DNA from: a virus
Taxonomy: Duplodnaviria; Caudoviricetes
IMG/VR virus record: IMGVR_UViG_3300020049_006510
Span: 6,049 to 70,048 of that record
Direction: 5' to 3' (one strand)
Length of the DNA stretch: 64,000 bases
Below the pieces are notes generated by a model. It was given only the letters and a program-made list of their open reading frames with translations. It was not told where the DNA came from and did not search any database. Below, in pieces: positions 43,696 through 52,334 of this stretch (its first letter is position 1; each line of letters starts with the position of its first letter). A program made the position numbers and the translations under genes.

Positions 43696-44235
43696 ATGGT
43701 AGACATTAATTTTAAGAAGGAAAATAAAGAAGAAAAATCTGACAAGAAGAATCCTCTAATATCAGACAAAACCATAGAGTTACTGAATTACCGTATTGAG
43801 CAAGAAGATCTCTCTAGCAGAGTTTATTTAGCAATTTATTTATCTTTAGAAAACACAGGACACCAATCTGCTAAACTATGGAAGAAATATTCTTCTGAAG
43901 AAGCTAATCACGCAGACTGGGCTAGAACTTATTTATTATCTTTAGGTATTACTCCTAAAACACCTACTTTAAAAGAAACTACTTGTGATTGCAAAAATCT
44001 AGTGGACGCTATTCAAAAGACATATGAGCATGAATTAGAAGTAACTAAACAATGTAAAGAATTAGCGGCTCATGCGATGTCTGAAGGAGACCATTTATTA
44101 TATCCTCTAACAATGCGTTATATGTCAGAGCAAATTGAAGAAATGGATAAAGCACAAACATTATTAGACCAATTAGAATCTTTTGGTACTGATAAAATTG
44201 CTTTACGTTTATTAGATATAGAACTTTCAAAATAA
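43696..44235 (+). CDS. ferritin (non-heme ferritin-like)
   Basis: E...Y, EE..H, HE..VT and EQIEE ferroxidase-type motifs in a four-helix bundle. Confidence 0.85.
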   Translation: MVDINFKKENKEEKSDKKNPLISDKTIELLNYRIEQEDLSSRVYLAIYLSLENTGHQSAKLWKKYSSEEANHADWARTYLLSLGITPKTPTLKETTCDCKNLVDAIQKTYEHELEVTKQCKELAAHAMSEGDHLLYPLTMRYMSEQIEEMDKAQTLLDQLESFGTDKIALRLLDIELSK

Positions 44236-44239
44236 TACT

Positions 44240-44959
44240 ATGAACAGATTATTTAGTTATAAAAAGGGCAAGAAAATGAAGTCATGTAATTGTGGCGGAA
44301 TGCTTTATAAAAAAGCTCATGTTGGTAAAATGCAAGCAGGTAATGTCATAACATCACCTTTTAAGACTACTAAAGTAATGTCTGAGTCTGAGTTACCTTC
44401 TGACACAGTAAAGAAAGTAGACCCTAATTCCGGACAAACTTATTGGGTTAGAAATAATGCCGCAGTAACACCTGCTAAGCCAGTTATAAACAAGCACCCA
44501 ATTACACCAGTAGCTAAGCCCGTAGTAGCATCAACAGTAAATAAAACATTTGTAAATAAACCAAGACCTGCTATTAATAAAACCCCTGCTGTACCAACAA
44601 AAAGTATTGAAGAAGAGAGATTTTATTTAACACCACAAACTACCTCTGTTGTAACACAAAAACCTATAGCGGCTACACAAGTACAACAAGTTCGTAAAAG
44701 AGATACTGGTTGGAATAGCCATGATGTAGAAAAGTATATTTATCCCAATGATAAAGGTGAGTACACTCATGATACAAAAGAGGTTTATATAGACCGTAAA
44801 ACAGGGCAAGAAGTAGATATGAATACTTCCTATGATTCAACAGGTAAATACTTACCTAAATTCCTAAACACAGTTCTTTCGCCAGCAACTAACGCAGGTA
44901 CTTATACCAAAGGTTTAGCACCGGCAATGAAAAAAGGTGGAATATTAAAGAGACATTAA
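44240..44959 (+). CDS. low-complexity putative internal (cargo) protein
   Basis: P/T/K/V-rich; N-terminal LFSYKKGKK and C-terminal MKKGGILK tags. Confidence 0.6.
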   Translation: MNRLFSYKKGKKMKSCNCGGMLYKKAHVGKMQAGNVITSPFKTTKVMSESELPSDTVKKVDPNSGQTYWVRNNAAVTPAKPVINKHPITPVAKPVVASTVNKTFVNKPRPAINKTPAVPTKSIEEERFYLTPQTTSVVTQKPIAATQVQQVRKRDTGWNSHDVEKYIYPNDKGEYTHDTKEVYIDRKTGQEVDMNTSYDSTGKYLPKFLNTVLSPATNAGTYTKGLAPAMKKGGILKRH

Positions 44960-44962
44960 ACA

Positions 44963-45649
44963 ATGACAGGTAGCGAAATATCAAGTGCAATACGTAATAA
45001 CATCAAAGATGGTTTATCTGGTATAGTTACTAGTTCTGCTATTAGTTATAAACAGATTGAAGCTGAAATTGATTTAGTACGTGCTAAATTATTCTTCGAA
45101 CAAGAAAAAGCAGGTAAATTAGAAGTTAGGAATTTTATACAAAATGTTCCTAATCTACATTTAACTTGTAGAGATTTAGCACAAGACTGTAATATATCTT
45201 CAGGAGAAGCTTTACCAAGTGTGAAGATACCAAAGATAATGCATACTCAAACTAATAACAGCTTGGCCTTTGTAGGCTTTGCAAATAAAAGTAGAAGTTT
45301 TATAGTGTATTATGATACTGACGATATTGTGAATCATAAGTATAGATTAAAGACTTCCAAAGCACCATTCTGTTGGGTTGATTTAGCCCCTGATAATGAA
45401 GATATGATTACATTATATTTCTTCAACATGGGTGAATTCGATCCTTTGAAATACGTAACTATTAGAGGAGCTTTTGAATCACCTTATAAAGTAGCACCAT
45501 TAGACCCTTTATTTGACGAGAAAGAGTATCCAGCGCCAGCGTATATACAAGAGATGATTATATCTACTTTAACAGAAAGATATTTGAGATATTACAGACA
45601 ATTAAACATTACAAATGTACCAAATACAGGCACAGACAACGTCACATAA
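44963..45649 (+). CDS. tail ring protein
   Basis: EISSAIRNNI...QIEAEIDLVRA N-terminus, RGAFESP and EYPAP motifs. Confidence 0.65.
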   Translation: MTGSEISSAIRNNIKDGLSGIVTSSAISYKQIEAEIDLVRAKLFFEQEKAGKLEVRNFIQNVPNLHLTCRDLAQDCNISSGEALPSVKIPKIMHTQTNNSLAFVGFANKSRSFIVYYDTDDIVNHKYRLKTSKAPFCWVDLAPDNEDMITLYFFNMGEFDPLKYVTIRGAFESPYKVAPLDPLFDEKEYPAPAYIQEMIISTLTERYLRYYRQLNITNVPNTGTDNVT

Positions 45650-46476
45650 TGAATAAAGTTATTTACATAGTATACAAAACCACAGGGCCTAATAATTTAT
45701 ATTATATTGGTGTTCATAAAACTAAGATGATTAACGGTGAGATACCTTTTGATGGTTATATCGGTTGTGGAATAACTAGTGAAATATTAGAACCTAATAG
45801 AAACACGATAACCAGATTAGGTTTAGCTGTATATTTAACTGGTTATAAAAACTGGGTTAGAGAAACGTTATTCACTTTCGATACAGAATTAGAAGCTTAT
45901 CAAAAAGAAGAAGAATTAGTTAGCTCTTCGCCTTTTCTAGACAACTTCAAATGCTTAAATCAAATAAAAGGTGGTGTTAAATCATCAATCTCTAGAGAAT
46001 CTTCCACTAGACAAATAGCAATTTATGACAATAACGGCGATTTAGTTGAAACATTCCAAAGCATTTTTATGGCTTCATTAAAGTTGAATATCAATGAAAA
46101 TGCGTTTAATCGTAAAAATGAACAAAAGAGATTGCTAAAAGGTTTATATAGATTTCTTTACTTTGATATTACACCGATAAATAAAATTGAGAAACTTAAG
46201 AGATTAAGAAAATTAAAGCCTGTTGCAATCTATGACATACATACTAAAGAGTTAGTAAGCATAGGTTTCTCTAGTACTGAAGCAGCTATTAAACTAAATC
46301 TTAGTAGAGAGAGTGTAGCTCGTTGTTCTTCTGGTTTTTATAAAACAATAGCTAACAAATATGTAGCACTAAAAATTGAAGATATTAATACACCACCAAT
46401 GACTCTAGATTTACCAGATGATTATTTCAATAGAAAACCGTGTGGTCGACCTACTCATAAGAATAATAAACAATAA
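45649..46476 (+). CDS. Seg-like GIY-YIG homing endonuclease with two NUMOD1-type repeats
   Basis: IVYKTT...YYIGVH...DGYIGCG; IAIYD..G.LV..F.S repeats. Confidence 0.8.
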   Translation: MNKVIYIVYKTTGPNNLYYIGVHKTKMINGEIPFDGYIGCGITSEILEPNRNTITRLGLAVYLTGYKNWVRETLFTFDTELEAYQKEEELVSSSPFLDNFKCLNQIKGGVKSSISRESSTRQIAIYDNNGDLVETFQSIFMASLKLNINENAFNRKNEQKRLLKGLYRFLYFDITPINKIEKLKRLRKLKPVAIYDIHTKELVSIGFSSTEAAIKLNLSRESVARCSSGFYKTIANKYVALKIEDINTPPMTLDLPDDYFNRKPCGRPTHKNNKQ

Positions 46477-46486
46477 GATATTATAT

Positions 46487-47794
46487 ATGTCACTGATTTA
46501 TAAATACCAGAAAGGCAAAAAGTTAGATATAAAACCTGTAAATCCTACAAGTAGACAAGATGCAGAAAATCGTATTGAACAGGAAAAAGCTCGTAAAAAC
46601 GCTGCTGATTTGGCAAATTTAGAATTTTATACAAAACAAGGTATGTCTAAAGATACAGCTCTAAAGCATATTGATTCTATGAAAAAAGGTCAAGGAGAAT
46701 TGAAGGAGCACACACCACAAAACAGTGTTATGAAAGGAATTGACATTGTAACTAATCCAATGCATGCTTTGAAATATAAAATGAAGTATGGTTATGTACC
46801 AGATAATTTCACAGAAGACGATGAACCATTTTACAGTCCTGTGAGCGTGATCGATGAAGCTATATCAGATTTAACAGGTGCAGCTTTAATTAAAAAAGTC
46901 TTACAAGCCAAAAGTGTTATTAAACCTATAAAAAAATTTAAACAAGAATTAATATACAAAGGCATTGATCCTGTTGGTTACGGAGCCAAGGAGAAGATCA
47001 AACAATTTGTGCCAAATCTTATTGATTATACTATAACACCTGATAACAAAATAAAAAATGTAACTAAGAGTTTAAATTCTACTGATATTAGAGTAGGGCA
47101 AAATCGTTTAGATGCTTGGAGAACTGGTTTAACACTACCGCAGAAATATGATACTTTTAGCACAGGCTCTAGTGGTGCTTTAAAGATTAATAGTATGAAC
47201 CCCAAAAATGGTAGATTTTCTACATTATATAATGACATTGAAGCTAGTCAAATCGACCCAGAAAATTTTGAGAAACTGATAGATTTATCTAAAAAACATA
47301 AAAAAGCTACAGACGTAAAAATCGATAATCAATATGGGAAGTTTAGTGTAAATGATTTCATGAATTATCTTAAAAAGAAGGGTGATCCAGATTTAAAACC
47401 TTGGAAACAAACTAGATTAGTAGAAAAAAGTAAAAACCCAAATTTTGACTTCTCAGTGTACGACTCTGACCAAGATGGTGTAATGGGATCATTTAGATGG
47501 GACGTGAAAAAATTGGATGATGGTAATTTACATTTTCAATCAAATGACAAATGGGATTTAAACCCTTGGGAATCTAGAGGTAAGATTAACATCACTCAAG
47601 ACGAAAAGGAATTGAATCAACATTTTAAGAAAAAGTTACAGAAAGTAGAAGCTTTAAAATTATTAGGTGGTAAACCATTTGATGTTCAAAACAATTTCAT
47701 TGTAAATCCAAAAGATTATTCGATATTAAAATCATTCAATATCGGTGGAAAATTACTTTATAAGACCCAAACACTTAATTATGATATCGTATAA
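46487..47794 (+). CDS. putative cargo protein with MSLIYKYQKG tag
   Basis: Start revised to 46487; tag at the N-terminus and FNIGGKL at the C-terminus. Confidence 0.7.
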   Translation: MSLIYKYQKGKKLDIKPVNPTSRQDAENRIEQEKARKNAADLANLEFYTKQGMSKDTALKHIDSMKKGQGELKEHTPQNSVMKGIDIVTNPMHALKYKMKYGYVPDNFTEDDEPFYSPVSVIDEAISDLTGAALIKKVLQAKSVIKPIKKFKQELIYKGIDPVGYGAKEKIKQFVPNLIDYTITPDNKIKNVTKSLNSTDIRVGQNRLDAWRTGLTLPQKYDTFSTGSSGALKINSMNPKNGRFSTLYNDIEASQIDPENFEKLIDLSKKHKKATDVKIDNQYGKFSVNDFMNYLKKKGDPDLKPWKQTRLVEKSKNPNFDFSVYDSDQDGVMGSFRWDVKKLDDGNLHFQSNDKWDLNPWESRGKINITQDEKELNQHFKKKLQKVEALKLLGGKPFDVQNNFIVNPKDYSILKSFNIGGKLLYKTQTLNYDIV

Positions 47795-48392
47795 ATACCA
47801 AAACGGAGGTTCAATAGATGCTGAGTACTTATTACTTCAGCAGGAAAAGAAACGTTGGAATCCTAAAATGAATAAAACACCAATATGGGATCCTCAGAAA
47901 GACCCTTATAAATTCAGAACAGAGGTCAATAGCCCTCAAGTAAGTAAAGTAGACATGGTAGTTCAACCAGCTCCCATAAAAAGAGAAGACATTGCTAAAA
48001 TGAAAGAGTACGTTCCTGGTGTTGTGCATGAAGGTGAGGACCCAAAGCGCAGAGCAATGCTGGACCAAATATTTTTTAATTTAACTGGGAAAGAGCAAGA
48101 AGACGAAACAATAGGTTCTACTCATGAATTAGTGATAGCACCTAACCAGAAAAACACACTTGAGATAATTCCATTCACAAAAACTAATACTACTTTAGTT
48201 CCTAAGAAACAAGAGGTAAAAAATACTGTACCTGATTATAGTAAAATGAATTTCAATAAACAAAAGTTGATAGGATTTGAGGGTAATTACAAGATTTATG
48301 AATCCATATCTGAGGATGGTAAAACTACAAAAAGAATATTTCTAAATAACAAAGGGGAACAAATACAAGAACCACAATATAATACATTATAA
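47781..48392 (+). CDS. putative cargo protein with MISYKYQNGG tag
   Basis: Start revised to 47781. Confidence 0.65.
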   Translation: MISYKYQNGGSIDAEYLLLQQEKKRWNPKMNKTPIWDPQKDPYKFRTEVNSPQVSKVDMVVQPAPIKREDIAKMKEYVPGVVHEGEDPKRRAMLDQIFFNLTGKEQEDETIGSTHELVIAPNQKNTLEIIPFTKTNTTLVPKKQEVKNTVPDYSKMNFNKQKLIGFEGNYKIYESISEDGKTTKRIFLNNKGEQIQEPQYNTL

Positions 48393-48394
48393 TA

Positions 48395-49768
48395 ATGAGT
48401 TTAATCTATAAATATCAAAAAGGTAATAAACTAAAAAATAAGGAAAAGAATTCTATGCAATTATCTAATTCAGAAGTTGCAGGTTTAGTTATGGGTGAAA
48501 TACCAGAAGGAACTAGTGATATCGACAGAAAGCGTATATTATCTTTAAATGAGTTAATAAAGAAACAAGATAGTAAGAATTCTGCAAATTATATTGATCC
48601 TAAGTATGTTATGACACAGGAACAAATGAAAGCTAAAAAGAATGCTTCCATATCTCCTGATTACAGAACAGAAAATCAAAAAGATATTGCTAAAAGAACA
48701 GCACAATATGTAGAGAATCCTGGTATTATGGACTACATTGGTCAAGCGGGTTATATGCCATTATTAGCCTTATCTAATCCATTCACGATGGGTGAGAAAC
48801 TAAAAGAATTACGTGCTATTAATAGTAACAATAATACTACTGCTTCACAAAAGTTCGACCAATCAGGTAACATAGGAACTGAGGCTTCGCAGTGGGCATT
48901 ATTAAATGCTGCAACAGACGGTGCTATGGAAGGTGTATTACCGGCTTATAATAAAATACGTGGGGTATTATCTAAGCCTAAGGCTAGTAGCGCTGCTAAA
49001 GTTAGTACTTCTGCCAATATGGGTGAATTGACTAATTATATGAATAAGGTTGATAACATCAATAAAACTGGAGTGAACTTTCAAGAAGATGACTTTGCTA
49101 AGGCTTTTCAACAGTCTGAAAGAGCTAATATGAAAGCTAAATTACAAAAGTTAGATGAATTAGATAATTTCAATATATCTGATGATGAAATGAAAAAAGC
49201 ATTTCAACAAATAGAAAGACAAGAACTAAAAAAGAAATTACAAAGATTATCTGAAGAAGATATAAAAAGTTCAATGAAATACCTTGGCTCTAAAGAAGTT
49301 ACTGATAAAATTAACACAGCCAAAAAAGTGTTATCTGGCAGAGACAAAATCAAAAAAGATAATATAGGAGAACTAAAAGACTTTAATATTTCAGACGCAG
49401 AAATAAAGAAAGCTGTTACTCTAAACGAGAGAGATGCATTAAAGAAAAAATTACAAAATTTAGATAAAGAAACTGAACAAAATATTCCTAAGTACAATAA
49501 TTTAAATATAACTGAAAAGCAAAAAGCTATGTTTGATGAATTATCAAATCGTTATCCAGGATTAAAATCAATGCCTGAAAATGAAATAAGTGACTTTATA
49601 AAAAACCATGAAAGCCGGTTTAAAGTTCCGGGTATGGAATACGGATTTATTGCAGCTGGTTTAGGCGGAGCTGGATTAAGTTATCTCACTCATAAAGAAA
49701 AACAAACTAAACCTGCTATTAAATTAATTGGTAAGCAAACTACTGCTAGTAAATTAAACAGAAAGTAA
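48395..49768 (+). CDS. putative cargo protein with MSLIYKYQKG tag, internal helical repeats and C-terminal TM
   Basis: Three FNISD.E.KKA...ER..LKKKLQ.L-type repeats; GFIAAGLGGAGLSYL. Confidence 0.7.
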   Translation: MSLIYKYQKGNKLKNKEKNSMQLSNSEVAGLVMGEIPEGTSDIDRKRILSLNELIKKQDSKNSANYIDPKYVMTQEQMKAKKNASISPDYRTENQKDIAKRTAQYVENPGIMDYIGQAGYMPLLALSNPFTMGEKLKELRAINSNNNTTASQKFDQSGNIGTEASQWALLNAATDGAMEGVLPAYNKIRGVLSKPKASSAAKVSTSANMGELTNYMNKVDNINKTGVNFQEDDFAKAFQQSERANMKAKLQKLDELDNFNISDDEMKKAFQQIERQELKKKLQRLSEEDIKSSMKYLGSKEVTDKINTAKKVLSGRDKIKKDNIGELKDFNISDAEIKKAVTLNERDALKKKLQNLDKETEQNIPKYNNLNITEKQKAMFDELSNRYPGLKSMPENEISDFIKNHESRFKVPGMEYGFIAAGLGGAGLSYLTHKEKQTKPAIKLIGKQTTASKLNRK

Positions 49769-50118
49769 TGTCTATATTATATCAATATAAACAAAAGAGT
49801 AAGATTAGTTACTTTCAAAATGGGGGAGAATTTCGCAATATATCCACTAGAGAAATAAACGAATTGTTAGAACCATTAGCTTGGGGTAAATATATAGAAG
49901 ACCCAAATAGAAGAGAACAACATATCAAAGATATATTCTTTAATCTATTGGATTCAAAGATGCATCCGGAACAAGCAGAAGAAGTTCTACGTACCATGGG
50001 TTCCTATGGTGCAGAGGGCAGAGGAAAAATTGCTAAGGACGCAGCTTATTTTGGATATGATTCAAAGGATATAACAAGAGAGAAGTTACAAAATTATTAC
50101 ACAGAATATACTAAGTAA
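49768..50118 (+). CDS. small putative cargo protein
   Basis: MSILYQYKQK...SYFQNGG tags. Confidence 0.6.
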   Translation: MSILYQYKQKSKISYFQNGGEFRNISTREINELLEPLAWGKYIEDPNRREQHIKDIFFNLLDSKMHPEQAEEVLRTMGSYGAEGRGKIAKDAAYFGYDSKDITREKLQNYYTEYTK

Positions 50119-50768
50119 TGGCTTTAATATACAAATATCAAAAGGGAAACAAGTTAATGACTCCTGGTATTATACCTATGGATCCATTAATGCATCAATA
50201 TTTAGATCCTAAACAATTACCTCAGACAGGAGTAATTATTGATAAACGTACTAATCAAGCCTATTATATTGGTGATCAAAGTAAAGGTTCTTTTCCAGTC
50301 TTAACAGGTAAGAATCCTGAACGTAATGCTAATAAATTTGATATGAATTTGTTAGACAAGAAGAAAAGTTTAAGAAACACTCCAATGGGTTATTATACTT
50401 TTGAAAGCACAGCTACTAAAACTGATTCAGATGATCAAAAATATTACGGTGGTCTAGTATCAGCACTAAAACCAATCGAGGCATTTGGTCAACCTAAACC
50501 CAAGGCAAAAGACTTGGCAATGCATAGAGCATATTCAGATAACTCTAAAAATCCTAATGATCCTGAATTTTTAAGTAGAATGAGCAAGTTATTATCCAAG
50601 AACCCTTATGATAATTACGCTTCTTATGGTTGTATAAACTGTTCTAAAGAATCCTATGAAGCTTTGCAAAAGAATTTTCCGCAAGGAGATACTTTGTTGG
50701 TGTTAGACAGTAGATTACCAAAAGATGCAGCATTGTTAAATCAGGCTAAATTGAAAACTAAAAAATAA
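50118..50768 (+). CDS. L,D-transpeptidase (YkuD)-like protein with MALIYKYQKG tag
   Basis: IIDK...FPVLTG...TPMGYY...AMH...SYGCIN catalytic His/Cys pattern. Confidence 0.7.
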   Translation: MALIYKYQKGNKLMTPGIIPMDPLMHQYLDPKQLPQTGVIIDKRTNQAYYIGDQSKGSFPVLTGKNPERNANKFDMNLLDKKKSLRNTPMGYYTFESTATKTDSDDQKYYGGLVSALKPIEAFGQPKPKAKDLAMHRAYSDNSKNPNDPEFLSRMSKLLSKNPYDNYASYGCINCSKESYEALQKNFPQGDTLLVLDSRLPKDAALLNQAKLKTKK

Positions 50769-50772
50769 GACT

Positions 50773-51531
50773 ATGCAAAATCAAGCTAAAAATCCATTTG
50801 AAAATTTCTTAGCACCTAAGTTCTTGCTTAAGTCTATGTTTAATATTATACTTCAAGAAGAAGATTATATAGAGTATGCTTATCGTACATGGCGTAAAAT
50901 AGGTAATATTGCTTTAGCTACTCATTGTATCAAAGAACCAGTTCCTGATAATTTAGAAATAGAATTGCCTTGTAATGTTGAATTTATTGAAGCGGTGTCT
51001 ACAGGTGATGTGTACTTAAATAATACAGATGACATGGTATACTACTTTGATGGCACCCAAAATATCAGACCAGTAGTAAACCAATATTATTATCCAGATA
51101 TTTTAGCTGATACTCATATGAATAAAGTATCATTGTCTAGAACTGATATGCACCCTATTGGGCAATTAGTGCCATACGAAATATTAGGTTGTAACAAAAA
51201 GATATTACTTAAATCACCGATGAAAGGTCAAAATGTAAATATTATTTACAGAGGGCAAATATTGGATGATGATGGTTTACCTTGTTTATCACCAAAAGAA
51301 ACTGAAGCTATAGCTTACTATGTTGCTTACATAATAACACAAAAGAACGCTTTTATGAAAGATCCTGGTGCAATGCAAATGTTACCTATGATTAAACAAG
51401 AAGCAGAAGTAAGAATGGCTGCGGCTAAAATACCAGAGTACGTTAATCAAAACTTCTGGGAACAAGTTCTTTCTGCTAAGGTTAGAATGGATAGAAAAGT
51501 ATTTTACAATAGTTATAAAACTATGCAATAG
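50773..51531 (+). CDS. tail ring/tubular protein
   Basis: DYIEYAY..W.KIGN, IELPCN..IEAV, D.DGLP.L..KE..AIA motifs; precedes the muzzle gene. Confidence 0.7.
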   Translation: MQNQAKNPFENFLAPKFLLKSMFNIILQEEDYIEYAYRTWRKIGNIALATHCIKEPVPDNLEIELPCNVEFIEAVSTGDVYLNNTDDMVYYFDGTQNIRPVVNQYYYPDILADTHMNKVSLSRTDMHPIGQLVPYEILGCNKKILLKSPMKGQNVNIIYRGQILDDDGLPCLSPKETEAIAYYVAYIITQKNAFMKDPGAMQMLPMIKQEAEVRMAAAKIPEYVNQNFWEQVLSAKVRMDRKVFYNSYKTMQ

Positions 51532-52334
51532 TGAAACCAAGAACATTCCGATCCAAGAATCATCCATACCAATGGGATAATAGAGCTAAGATGGGAATGC
51601 ATTCTTTATTTCCTTTAACAGAAACTGAATTAAGAGCTGTTATTAAGAAAAAGAAAGGTGCTCCAAAAGGCAAACTTCGTCAATTCTACGATGTAAGAAA
51701 CAACAGAGAATTGATTACTAAAGTTGCTAGAGAATTATACTATATGATACTTTGGGACGTTCTTCATGGTTGCAGATTCTACTTTCCAGGTACAAGAAAA
51801 ACCTTCATTCACGTTGACTACTTACCAGACTATTACTTTCAAGCAAAGAGAAGAGCTGGATTTTACTACAGACTAGACGTTTCAGTATGGGATTACAAGT
51901 TACCTGTGTTAAGAGTGAGATGTGCTAAATCTAATCGTGAGCATGACTCTATGATTAGTCTATCAGGTGCATTCTTTGCTACAATTTGTAAATATTGGTA
52001 TGCAGGGGAAAAGATCGGCGGAAAGAAACCAAGAATGTTAAAACATTATTTACCAGATTTATCCGAAAGATTTGCGTATCTTAGAGAAGATTCTTTGAAT
52101 TATATTGTAGATACTTTTTTACAAAACTATAAATTAGCAGTTGAAGGCGGTGCTAAGATAACTATTGCAGATGAAGCTAATTGGATGTTAACGCATCCTT
52201 TAGAATTATCAGATTATAGATTATACTATAATATGTGGCGTAAAAAAGAAGTGCAGAAAAAGATTATATCAGAAAAGAATAAGAAATTAGCTAAAGAACA
52301 AAAGGAGATTTATAAAGATGTCGCAATCAGTTAA
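51531..52334 (+). CDS. basic DNA-binding protein, possibly IHF/HU-like
   Basis: Highly basic; ILWDVLHG..FYFP segment; position matches the IHF-like genes of crAss-like tail modules. Confidence 0.4.
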   Translation: MKPRTFRSKNHPYQWDNRAKMGMHSLFPLTETELRAVIKKKKGAPKGKLRQFYDVRNNRELITKVARELYYMILWDVLHGCRFYFPGTRKTFIHVDYLPDYYFQAKRRAGFYYRLDVSVWDYKLPVLRVRCAKSNREHDSMISLSGAFFATICKYWYAGEKIGGKKPRMLKHYLPDLSERFAYLREDSLNYIVDTFLQNYKLAVEGGAKITIADEANWMLTHPLELSDYRLYYNMWRKKEVQKKIISEKNKKLAKEQKEIYKDVAIS

